Shown here piece after piece: positions 40,016 to 51,919 of a stretch of 64,000 bases of DNA. The notes under the pieces are model-generated. The model was not told the DNA's origin. It did not search any database and was given only the letters and a program-made list of their open reading frames with translations. Position numbers and translations under genes: made by a program. How positions within the stretch are numbered: position 1 is the first letter of the stretch; every line of letters starts with the position of its first letter. Source of the stretch: Octopus sinensis (taxonomy: Eukaryota); NCBI RefSeq assembly GCF_006345805.1, contig NC_043006.1, positions 61,442,001 to 61,506,000 on the forward strand, written 5' to 3'.

Positions 40016-42434
40016 TCCGCGAAATTGCTGGATATGTGCCAAAATCTGCCACTAATATTGCCACCGAACACTTTGGTATTAAGTGAATTTACTGGTTTGA
40101 ATGAACATCAAAACATTCACGATGAGACAATGTTTGCTGTAAAATCGTCGAGAAACTTGATTTAGGGTCTTTGGAGGGAAATGAATGGCAAATCGAAATC
40201 AACATTAAAAATAAGTTTCTCAATCAATCTATCTTGTGGTTAAATATGACAAAACTCGAAATATATCACGTGCTACAACACACTGGCAGCCAACATTACT
40301 TCTTCCGCAGTACATCCAAATTATGAAAGAAAATATGATTTCCTCCTCTGTCGAATTCTATTTCTCCCTCTCTATTTCTACCTCTCTCTCCCGTTCTCTC
40401 TTCCAAATTACATCTCTATACTTTCAATGCAATAACCAATAATTGCAATGCACAAAAATGAAACACAAATAACAAAAAAGCAGTATAGCAATGAACCAAA
40501 AACTAAGTGTTAACACCTACTAGAAAAGACGACAAAAAGAATGTTACCATCAAACATGATAAAGTGCTCCCACCCAACTATATAATGAGGCACATTATAA
40601 TTCTAACAAAAAAAATTAAATTAAAAGAATTAAAAAAGCACGTCATTATTCTAACCCCAAAAAATTAAATTAAAAGAAGTAATAATTCATTTTCGCTCTA
40701 TCGTATACCTTACGCATTTTCTATGCGATATATAAGGAAAAAGACAACAAGAAACTCCAGTTCGTAACGTTTTGTTCTTGACATGCTAAACACATCAACT
40801 TTAATAACGTTCTGTGTGCATTTACATTTACGTATACAGTATATTCGTTGCAATGGTCAATACAGAATTTTAATTGAATATAAATATCTTTTTATTGTTA
40901 CGCAAAATATTTTTTATATGAAACTCGATCGCCTATAATAATTTTAAATGTAAATATTAATGTAGTTCTGAACGCAATGGAGCAATACAATTATCAGCGG
41001 AAATGCATATGATTAGAATATACTATAGAATTAAATCTCCTGCAATTTATATCATTCTAGACTCATCTTAATCGATTGTAGAATTAGAAAAAAGTTAACT
41101 TCCATGAATAAAAAAAAATCCTTTTCCGGTTATGATATATACATACACACACACGCACACACATATATATCTACATATACTCACAGACATTTATATATAA
41201 TTATATATGTATATATATCTAGATATTTATACACACCCAGCCCCCCCATATATATATATATATATATATATATCTGTGTGCATTTTTATATATCTATGCA
41301 CGTATCGTTCTTCTAGTCGTCGCATTTATTACAAGGAAGGTAATCATTTCTTCATATGAAGACTAGAAACAATTCGAAACTTCCTAGAGGTTAATAAGCG
41401 TAGTGCTATATTTCATTGTGTTTAGAAATCCTATTAACCTATTAACTGAACATTATTATGAAGTGAAATTTTCATTCCTGATGGAAATAATTAGTCATAG
41501 TTATCAGTGTTTTCATACAGGATATTAACTATTTCCTGAGAATTCTACACTCTGAAGTTGTCTCATGGAAGCAAATAATTTCAGGTTTGAATTTAAAAAA
41601 TCAAAAACAAAAATAAATCACAAGCCCTTTTTTTTCCGTTATATTCTTTGAGATGATTAAATTAGTCTCAAGCTATTGTTTCATAGTAGTTATGTTGTGG
41701 AAGTGGCATCTAGTCTTAAACATAACATCTTGAACAGAGTCAAAATCGCAGCTGGAGATTTTCAATTATCTGCCGTTCTTCTAATTGTCGCAGTTATTTT
41801 AAGGGAGGTGATCTTTCTTAATATTTGGCGGAATGCAAAAATTAAATTTAAAATTCAAATTCATCTATATTTGCATGTATATCTGATTTATGTATTTACA
41901 TCGGACAAATTAGCAGAATACTTAAATTTTGTCATGAAATGCTTCTTCAGTCATTGATCAGAATTCCTGCGCCTTACGTTGAAATTCTGTCGAGTGCAAA
42001 TTTGCGTTTCATAGAGGAGAAAAGTATCGTTCCAAGACAGTAGTTCAGCGCAACTGTTAAACTCTCAGGTGCAAAAATTTACAGAATGTAATCATGGCTG
42101 ACGGCTAGGTATTCTAAGAAATTTGCCCTCACCTGCATCTATGAGCAGTTACATGTTGAATATTGTGTGATGGAAGTAATATATGTGCATAATTTGTTTG
42201 CATGAGTGCATGTGTGTGCTTGTTTGAAATTAATATCTATATTGAATATTACAGGGTAACGTAAATAGCTCCACCATTTCCTCTTGCGTAATACTACGGC
42301 AAAACAAGTCAACCGCCGTTACATACTCATGTGTGTAAGTGTGTATTTGCACGCACGCAATGGCACAACTGCGAATTTGAGAACTTGGTATCCAAGTGGT
42401 TTCACAATTTGTCCTGGCACTAATTCTCCCGGGA

Positions 42435-42666
42435 AATGTTGCTGAACCGCTAAGTTACTGGGACGTAAATAAACCAATTCCGGTTGTCAACCAGTAGTGG
42501 GGGACGAATAGACGCAAATAGGATAAATATATAATATATATGCTGTTTCAGTTTGCGCCAAGCACTAATACTCACAAGTCGTCGGTTGGTTCTAGGCTAT
42601 ACTAGAAAAACTAGCCCGGAACCATGTGCTTTGGGAGGTAAATTTTTTACTACAGAATGACGCCTG
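42435..42666 (-). mobile_element. Degenerate SINE family A
   Basis: GCTGAACCGCTAAGTTACTGGGACGTAAAT..CGGTTGTCAA..CCCGGAACCATGTGCTTTGGGAGG..CGCCTG. Confidence 0.75.
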
Positions 42667-42680
42667 AAAACCTACATACT

Positions 42681-42713
<33 letters not shown>

Positions 42714-42775
42714 ACACTCTTACACACACACGCATACACACATATATAGTTCAAATTTACGGAAAACAAAAAAAA

Positions 42776-42865
42776 GACAGTTGAATGTAATTAGTTTGAC
42801 GCTCGGGAATAATGGAAAAGACTTTGACGCTTGGATCCTACGCTCTTCGATAGCAAAGGTTAAGA
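42776..42865 (-). repeat. Short dispersed repeat (GAAGAGCGTAGG.. family), copy 2
   Basis: Minus strand CCTTTGCTATCGAAGAGCGTAGGATCCAAGCGTCAAAGTCTTTTCC..CCCGAGCGTCAAACTAATTACAT aligns with 9381-9450. Confidence 0.6.
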
Positions 42866-43010
42866 GGGAAAAATGGAGAGAGAGCGAAAACAGAAAAAAA
42901 AAGACTGATTAATAGGTAGATAGATTTAGATATGCATGTATATGCATATATAAGTGTAAGTATATTTATATCTATGAGCATATCCATGCATATATATGTA
43001 TATATATATG

Positions 43011-43041
<31 letters not shown>

Positions 43042-43422
43042 ATGTGTGTATGTATGTATATACGTGTGTGTGTGTGTGTTTGTGCATATATGCATGCATA
43101 TATTTATGTATTTTTGTAAGTCTGTATATAACTGGAACCTCTGTGACTGTATTTCACTGTCTGTCTCTCTGATTAATGGAATTGAACAACCTAGTTTGTT
43201 GGTGAGTGTATGACCCTTTCTCTCATAATAGGTCTAGCTATAATTTTTACATTCTATCTCTGATCATCCACGAGATGTATGGAGCAAAATATGGTCGTTA
43301 TGAGCCAAGTCTTAAAAGTTAAATTTTAGATTTAAACGTTTATTCACTTGAAGAACGACTTTTCCTCTTCAAACTGCAATTTATTTATTCATTAAAAAAC
43401 GCAGCTGAAACGGCTGTAGTAA

Positions 43423-43455
<33 letters not shown>

Positions 43456-43458
<3 letters not shown>

Positions 43459-43725
43459 GGTCCCGGGTTGATCCGGGGTAACCACAGTAAGTAAGGTACT
43501 CAATACATAGCAGAGTAAAATTATTTATTATATAGAAGGAGCTTCTACAGGACTAGTACTGTTTCATTCAAGAGAAATCTTCAGGAAGCTATTTAACAAG
43601 AATTGTATTAGCATTTATACATTTAGGCAGGTTTAAAGGAGTGGTGGTGGGGGACTTTTTTGGGGGTAGGCATAGCGCAAAATATCATACTTGGGGGAGT
43701 GGTCAAGGAGTCAGTGGTAAGTTAG
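43456..43725 (-). mobile_element. Small non-coding hammerhead-bearing repeat (retrozyme/Penelope pLTR-like)
   Basis: ~270-bp island between (TA)n and (AAAAAAT)n tracts. It contains the hammerhead at 43540-43590, then overlapping TATATAA/AATAAA motifs, and ends in the GC hairpin CCCGG-ATCAAC-CCGGG. No ORF. The family assignment is inference. Confidence 0.6.
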
Positions 43726-43758
43726 ATGAAAGAATAGATAAATAAAAAAATAAAAAAT

Positions 43759-43795
<37 letters not shown>

Positions 43796-44332
43796 AAATA
43801 AAAAATAAAAAAATAAATAAATAAAAAAAAATAAAAAAATAAAAAATAAAATGTGTGCACATACATACATAAACACATATACATACACACACACACATAC
43901 GTACACATGTGTGCCTATACATACACACATACACATACGTACATATATATATATATATATACACATATATATATATATACATATATATATAATACACATA
44001 TATATACACAATCCAATACAGCCCATTCCCTAATTTTAATTTTTATCTCATTATTACTTTGTTATCTTGATCGCTAGAGCTAAGGAACCTGGCGATGGCA
44101 GCATGTCCAAATTGTCTGTCTACTAGAAGGCAAGTACTCGTTCCCGCACGCACACTCATTAGCACGTACATACACCCATTCGTACACTCATACACATACA
44201 CGTACGCACGCGTTATATTCATACATACAAACATCTACATACGTTCACGTATATACACATACGTACTCGTACCTACAGATTCATGTCTACACTTTAGGAG
44301 GCTAGTCTATATATATACGCCAATAAATATAC

Positions 44333-44381
<49 letters not shown>

Positions 44382-44382
44382 T

Positions 44383-44415
<33 letters not shown>

Positions 44416-44498
44416 CACCTACATACAGATACATACCTATATATATATATATACATACACACACATACACATACACATATATATATATACATATATAT

Positions 44499-44555
<57 letters not shown>

Positions 44556-44769
44556 CATACACACACACCCATATATATACACACACATACATACACATAT
44601 ATATACATACACAAACATATATACACACATATATATATATATACATATATACACACATACATACACACACCTACATACATATACACACAAACACATACAT
44701 ACGTAAACATACATACATACATCCATACATCCATACTTACATGCACTTATACGCATACACACACCCCCA

Positions 44770-44839
<70 letters not shown>

Positions 44840-45019
44840 CACTCACACATACATATACAAATATACGCCCACACATACATACATACATACACGTATACGC
44901 ATACACGCACATACACATATACATGCGTACCCATACATGTGCACACACGCACATGCATCCATATGTATACACACACACACATATATACACGCGTGCAAGC
45001 ATACATACATACTCATACG
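43522..45019. repeat. Left arm of ~1.5-kb inverted duplication
   Basis: Unique blocks such as GATCGCTAGAGCTAAGGAACCTGGCGATGGCAGCATGTCC, CATGTCTACACTTTAGGAGGCTAGTC and CCCCCATCTATA occur as reverse complements, in mirrored order, in 46793-48305; ORFs 44095+ and 47468- begin with the same peptide. Confidence 0.95.
43540..43590 (-). ncRNA. Type I hammerhead ribozyme motif
   Basis: Minus strand AGCUUC-CUGAAGA-UUUC(UCUU)GAAU-GAA-ACAGUACUAGUCCUGU-A|GAAGCU: 6-bp stem I, complete conserved core, GUA cleavage triplet, stem III one mismatch from a 16-nt palindrome, weak stem II (U-U at its base). Confidence 0.8.
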
Positions 45020-45077
45020 TGTGTGTGTGTATGTATGCATGTAAAAAAATATATATATGTATATATGTTTGCATATA

Positions 45078-45116
<39 letters not shown>

Positions 45117-45231
45117 GCTTGTATGTGTGTGTGTGTGTGTATATATGTATATGTGTTTGTACGTATATGTGTATATACGTGTAAATGTATGTGTTTTTGT
45201 ATGTGTATGTATGTATAAAATATTATATAAC

Positions 45232-45438
45232 TAGGGCTTAGTAAAATAAAATAAATTACTTTGCCACATACTAAACTTTCTAGAAATAGCAGCCAATAAA
45301 GGGTTTTAGCCTCTTCCACTACTTAGAGAATTTTTTCCCTCTAACATTGTTTACTCAAAATAATAATGGTCCCTTTACATACTGAATTCTTGGTGAATCT
45401 GATTAATAACTAATTAACTTTACCCTCCCTTGTTGATA
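45232..45438. mobile_element. Relative of the 16338/17421 MITE-like family carrying the opposite terminus
   Basis: Shares TTGCCACATACT.AACTTT.TAGAAATAGCAGCCAA; ends TAATTAACTTTACCCTCCCTTGTTGATA, inverted relative to ATCAGTAATAATAAAGGGTAAAATTAATTA. Confidence 0.6.
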
Positions 45439-45639
45439 CATATATATATATGTATATGTGTACATGTATGTATATATATGTGTGTGAGTGTATGTGTGTA
45501 TGTATGTATTTGTATATGTGTGTGTGTATATGTATGTGCGCGCGTGAGTGTGTATGCATGTGTATGTATATTTGTATATGTATGTGCATGTGTATGTGTA
45601 TGTGTATATATGTGTATATGTATGTATATATATGTATAT

Positions 45640-45670
<31 letters not shown>

Positions 45671-45776
45671 GTATGTATATGTATGTATATATGTGTGTGT
45701 ATATGTGTATTATGTACGTATTTATATAGATATGTAATTTTTGTATATATATGTATGTATATGCATCTCTCTGTGT

Positions 45777-45812
<36 letters not shown>

Positions 45813-45906
45813 GTGTATCATTATTGCGTATGTATACATGTATATGTGTATATGTATGTGTGTGTGTGTGTGTATGTGTGTGTATATATACGTATATATG
45901 TGGGGG

Positions 45907-45951
<45 letters not shown>

Positions 45952-46385
45952 GTATGTGTATATGTATATGTGTGTGTATATATGTATGTGTGTATGTGTA
46001 TATATGTATGTATATGTGTATGTGTGTGTACATGTATATATATATATGTGTGTGTGTATATATATATATGTTTATATGTGAGTATGTAGAGATATAAGTA
46101 TATGCATGTGTATATGTGTGTGTGTGTATAATATATATATATATATATATATATATTATGTTAGGGTATGTGTATCGTTTGTATATGTGTATGTGTGTGT
46201 GTATGTATATGTATGTATGTGTGTATATATGTATGTGTATATGTGTATATATGTGTATATATATATATATGTATGTATGCGTATGTGTATGTGTGTGTAT
46301 GTGTGCATGTATGTGTATGTGTATATATATATATATGTATGTGTATGTGTATGTATATATGTGTGTGTGTATGTGTGTATATGTA

Positions 46386-46426
<41 letters not shown>

Positions 46427-46480
46427 GTATGTATGTGTATGTGTGTATATATATATATGTATATATGAGTGCGCGCGTGT

Positions 46481-46915
46481 GTGTATGTATGCATATATGT
46501 ATGTATGCATGTATATGTGTATGTATATATGTGTGGAAGTGTGTGCATATATGTATATGTAAGTATGTGCGCGTGTATGAGTATGTATGTATGCTTGCAC
46601 ACGTGTGTATATATATGTGTGCGTGTGTATATACATGGATGCGCGTGCGTGCGTGCACGTGTATGGGTACGCATGTGTATATGTGTATGTGCGTGTATGT
46701 GTATGTATGCATATATGTATGTATGCATGTATATGTGTATGTATATATGTGTGTAAGTGTGTGCATATATGTATATGTAAGTATGTGTGCGTGTATGAGT
46801 ATGTATGTATGCTTGCACGCGTGTATATATGTGTGTGTGTGTATACATATGGATGCATGTGCGTGTGTGCACATGTATGGGTACGCATGTATATGTGTAT
46901 GTGCGTGTATGCGTA
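46481..46915. repeat. Two-copy ~215-bp tandem repeat built of cryptic TG/TA microsatellite
   Basis: GTGTATGTATGCATATATG.. starts at 46481 and 46699; GCTTGCAC, ATGGATGC and GTATGGGTACGCATG recur at the same spacing. Confidence 0.85.
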
Positions 46916-46973
46916 TACGTGTATGTATGTATGTATGTGTGGGCGTATATTTGTATATGTATGTGTGAGTGGG

Positions 46974-47041
<68 letters not shown>

Positions 47042-47280
47042 TATATATATATAGATGGGGGTGTGTGTATGCGTATAAGTGCATGTAAGTATGGATGTAT
47101 GGATGTATGTATGTATGTTTACGTATGTATGTGTTGTGTGTATATGTATGTAGGTGTGTGTAGTATGTGTGTATATATGTATATATATATATATGTGTGT
47201 ATATATGTTTGTGTATGTATATATTGTGTATGTATGGTGTGTATATATATGGGTGTGTGTGTATGTATGTATATATATAT

Positions 47281-47311
<31 letters not shown>

Positions 47312-48031
47312 GTGTGTGTATATATATTATATATATATATGTGTGGTGTGATGTGTGGTATGTATATATATATATATGTATGTATCTGTATGTAGGTGTA
47401 ATATATATATATATAATGTGTGTGTGTGTGTGTATGTGTATATGTGTATATATATATGATTATATAATTATGTATATATATGTATATTTATTGGCGTATA
47501 TATATAGACTAGCCTCCTAAAGTGTAGACATGAATCTGTAGGTACGAGTACGTATGTGTATATACGTGAACGTATGTATGATGTTGTATGTATGAATATA
47601 ACGCGTGCGTACGTGTATGTGTATGAGTGTACGAATGGGTGTATGTACGTGCTAATGAGTGTGCGTGCGGGAACGAGTACTTGCCTTCTAGTAGACAGAC
47701 AATTTGGACATGCTGCCATCGCCAGGTTCCTTAGCTCTAGCGATCAAAGATAACAAAAGTAATAAATGAAGATAAAAAATAAAATTAGGGAATGGGCCTG
47801 TATTGGATTGTGTATATATATATGTGTATATATATATATATGTTATATATATTATATATGTGTATATATATATATATATATATGTACGTATGGGTATGTG
47901 TGTATGTATAGGCACACATGTGTACGTATGGGTGTGTTGGTATGTATATTTGTTTATGTATGTATGTGCACACATTTTATTTTTTATTTTTTTATTTTTT
48001 ATTTATTTATTTATTTTTTTATTTTTTATTT

Positions 48032-48081
<50 letters not shown>

Positions 48082-48298
48082 ATTTATCTATTCTTTCATC
48101 TAACTTACCACTGACTCCTTGACCACTCCCCCAAGTATGATATTTTGCGCTATGCCTACCCCCAAAAAAGTCCCCCACCACCACTCCTTTAAACCTGCCT
48201 AAATGTATAAATGCTATATAATACATTCTTGTTAAATAGCTTCCTGAAGATTTCTCTTGAATGAAACAGTACTAGTCCTGTAGAAGCTCCTTTATATA

Positions 48299-48305
<7 letters not shown>
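46793..48305. repeat. Right arm of ~1.5-kb inverted duplication
   Basis: Reverse complement of 43522-45019, with extra bases in homopolymer runs. Confidence 0.95.
48238..48288 (+). ncRNA. Type I hammerhead ribozyme motif (duplicate copy)
   Basis: AGCTTC CTGAAGA TTTCTCTTGAAT GAAACAGTACTAGTCCTGTA GAAGCT, 51/51 identical to the 43540-43590 copy; predicted cleavage after A48282. Confidence 0.8.
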
Positions 48306-48356
<51 letters not shown>

Positions 48357-48423
48357 GTGTGTGTGTGTGTGGTTGTGTGAGTGTATGTGTGTGTACATGC
48401 GTGTGTATATGTACATACATATA

Positions 48424-49640
48424 CATTGTGTCACACCTACATATTGCTGTTTTTTCAATTGCACGAACTAAAAAACGGAGGGGTCGGGACAAACTAACTG
48501 CATAAACTTGCTATAAAAGGGGGTAGCATATTTACATTGTTTTATTCTTAATGCAAATTTTGAAGAGTGCAATTCGATTTTAACAGTTATTTTTTTCAGA
48601 AGCGATAATGGAAGTGCAACGTAGCATATTCGGCATATTTTGAGTTCAATAAAGGCAACAACGGAAAGGGCGAGGCACATTAACGCAGTATAACGTGATC
48701 GGACAGAAAGTGTAAGCCAGCGTCAACGGTGGTTTCAGAGATTCCGAGCCGGAAATTACAGCCTAGAGGACGAGCCCAGTTCTGGAAGATCTGTAGAGTC
48801 CGACGAGGAAATCCTGCACAACCTGGTGGAAAAAATCCCATCGTGACTATTGAGAAACTAGCAGAGAAGCTTAGATTTGCTCATTCAACCATTCCTCGAC
48901 ATCTGCGAGCCATCGGAAAAGTCAGCAAATTGGGTCAAATGATTCCTCACCAAATTTACGAGTCTAATCGCGCACAGTGAGTGAGTGTTCTCTTTTTGCT
49001 GTTACGTATCACGAATAAAGCTTTTTTGGAACGAATAATGATTGGTGACGCAAAATAGGTTCTCTATAAGACTTCAAGCGCCTAACACAGTGTGTAGGGA
49101 AAGGAGAAACACCAGGACCCCAGACTAAAGTTCTTCACCCACGTAACATGTTGTTATCTGTTTGTTGGGATATGAAAAGTTTAGTCCCCTTTGAACTTTT
49201 AAGCCCTAACCAAACAATAACAATGGAGATCCACTGCGAGCAACTTAAGCGGCTTAACTCATCGCTGGAAGAAAAATGACCATTTTTGGCTTCAAGACGA
49301 AAGGTGTTCTTCCATCAGGATAATGCAGGGCCACATTCAGTGAGGGTGACATTCCAAAGACTGGAGCAGTTTTAATGGGAAACGATGCCCACCCACTATA
49401 TTCACTATTTCCCCGTCTGACTATCAGTTCTCCGCAGTCTTCAAAATCACTTGGACGGAAAAATTTGAAATCTGTAGACGAGGTCAAAACAGTATTGGAG
49501 AAGTATTTTTCTTCACGGGCAAGTGAATTTTGGAAGAAGCTCCTTGCAAGTATATCAGATAGATGGAAGAGTATTGTAGAAAATGAAGTAGAGTAAGTTA
49601 TAGATTAAAAAAGAACCTGCACTTTTATGGCGTTACACAC
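48424..49640 (+). mobile_element. Near full-length decayed mariner (DD34D-type)
   Basis: ATG at 48608; QRWFQRFRAGNYSLEDEPSSGRS..IPRHLRAIGKVSKLGQMIPHQ..RIMIGDAK..LHPRNMLLSVCWD..FFHQDNAGPH..PHPLYS..PSDY..DRWKSIVENEVE*. TIRs are only loosely matched. Confidence 0.9.
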
Positions 49641-51209
49641 TATATATTTGTATATGTGTATGTGTGTGTGCGTGTGTGCGTGTGCGTGCGAGTGTACCGG
49701 CCGTCGTGCGCGCCTGTGTACGTGTGTATTCTAGAGATGATTCTACACAAAACGAATTTTATTTGCGTACCATTTGTTACACGATTTGTTTTTGTCAGTT
49801 TGTCCTTAAAGATCCAGCTTGGGGAAATAAAATTCGGCTCTTAAACCCCTTATATATTGAAATGACTTTTTCCCCTCAGTTCATCATGGTGGACTTAATC
49901 ATGCGCGCAAAATATTCTGCAATCTTGAGTCCCTCACTCATTACCTTGGCTTTTCGTGCAAGATAAGATCTAAAGAATAGTTTATTTTTATTAAGTATCA
50001 CTCAATATTAGAAAGAAAATCATTGCAAAGCAACATCCATAACTGAAATGATTTATATATATGAGGAAACATTATGAGGAACAGTTTGTCTTTATATGAA
50101 GAAAAAAATTATTGCCGATGAGTTAGAAGGAACAGCGTAAATAGTGTTATTTAAGTTCTTTTGTATTTCCTTTCTTGTAATATAAGAATACATTTTTAAA
50201 CAAATGGGAAGACCTTTGAGAATGAACTGAAATTCAGTTACAATAATCATTCAATAGTGTTCATAATCATTCATAAATTGAATCAGAGAAGACAATGAAT
50301 TTAACAATTCCAAATACATAATACAGTAATTTAGTTCTTGAAATGCGTAAATGCGTACGCTGTGTTCAATATATCTCGATCACAACAAAGATAAACAAGT
50401 TAACCCAATGCGGTTCTTCCAAAGGTTCGTTAGAACGTTGATCCTAAACAACTTTATTTCCAAAACAAAATGTAATGAAAAACTAGATTAGTGAGTTTAA
50501 AGCATGCAGTTCTTCACTCATAAAACTTTCTTTCCTTTGAAAATTTGATATTTCCTTAATTCTAACACCTGATAATCATCAACACAAGGTAATATCAGTT
50601 GGAATGAGATTGGGTACTGCACGTGTGAAGTTGAAATTACAGTTCAATCGAGGGATACAAAACATTTTTTTTTGTTAAAAGTGTTCTTCAATAACAAGGT
50701 TTTCAACAAGGTTTTCAAAGGTTAGATTTACAAATAAGGTGTTGTAAAGAAAATAAGAAAATAATGACGTCAAAACATGCTTCGTTTTCGATATCAACTA
50801 CATGCACACGCACTCATACATACGCATAAATATACACAGACATAGGCATGTGTGTAAATGCATGTATATATATATATATGTATAGAGAGAGAGATATGCA
50901 AATAATCGGAAAATGGAGTTTAAAAAACACCTCGATTGAAATACATTTATAGCTTATTTTTTTAATACAAAGCAATAAAAGATAAGGTGTAAATGTGGTT
51001 CAATCGATGTGTTTGTTAATCTGAGGTTTTCTCCTTTTTCTAATTATTTGTATTGGTACCTGATAAACTTTTGTTTATTCTGTTGTTATCTGCATTCTAT
51101 GTGCATGGTGTGCCTGCACACCAGTGCCCGGGGATAATAAGGGCAACGGATACCGATAGTATATACGGATATTTTATCCCTTAGTCGGTTATTATAAACG
51201 GTAACTGTA

Positions 51210-51377
<168 letters not shown>

Positions 51378-51403
51378 ATATATATAAATATATACACACG
51401 AAT

Positions 51404-51507
51404 AGGCGTGTGTGTATATTGTTAGGCGTGTGTATATATTTGTTAGGCGTGTGTATATATTTGTTAGGCGTGTGTATATATGTGTTAGGCGTGTGTATAT
51501 ATGTGTT
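51404..51507 (+). repeat. Five 20-21-bp tandem units AGGCGTGTGTATATAT(T/G)TGTT
   Basis: Units start at 51404, 51424, 51445, 51466 and 51487; the sixth AGGCG (51508) is the SINE 5' end. Confidence 0.9.
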
Positions 51508-51670
51508 AGGCGCAGGAGTGGCTTGTGGTAAGTAGCTTGCTAACCAACCTCATGGTTCCAGGTTCAGTCCCACTGCGTGGCACCTTGGGCAAGTGTCTTC
51601 TGCTATAGCCCCGGGCCGACCAATGCCTTGTGAGTGGATTTGGTAGACGGAAACTGAAAGAAGCCTGTCG

Positions 51671-51703
<33 letters not shown>

Positions 51704-51915
51704 TTGTCCCCCTAGCATTGCTTGACAACCGATGCTGGTGTGTTTACGTCCCCGTCACTTAGCGGTTCGGCAAAAAGAGACCGATAGAATAAGTACTGGG
51801 CTTACAAAGAATAAGTCCCGGGGTCGATTTGTTCGACTAAAGGCGGTGCTCCAGCATGGCCGCAATCAAATGACTGAAACATGACTGAAACAAGTAAAAG
51901 AGTAAAAGAGTAAAG
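51508..51915 (+). mobile_element. Full-length, well-preserved tRNA-derived SINE family A
   Basis: AGGCGCAGGAGTGGCTTGTGGTAAG (A box-like), GGTTCAGTCCC (B box-like), internal (TA)n(TG)n, tail GGCGGTGCTCCAGCATGGCCGCAATCAAATGACTGAAAC..(AGTAAAAG)n. Confidence 0.95.
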
Positions 51916-51919
51916 AGAA

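Noticed and set aside
41676-41957. 93-aa ORF with a hydrophobic segment
   Set aside because: AT-rich composition, no motif and no splice support; expected by chance.
43700-48130. Many long ORFs (up to 355 aa) rich in YI/HT/VC
   Set aside because: Translations of (TA)n/(CA)n/(TG)n microsatellite that lack stops by composition; the same applies to ORFs near 7, 9, 11, 16, 28, 37, 43, 51, 59 and 63 kb.
51404-51507. Short regularly spaced repeats as a CRISPR array
   Set aside because: The units are contiguous with no unique spacers, there are no cas genes, and the context is eukaryotic.
51508-51585. tRNA gene at SINE heads (also 1430-1497, 27950-28014, 63332)
   Set aside because: A/B-box-like motifs only; they continue into SINE bodies and I cannot fold a cloverleaf.
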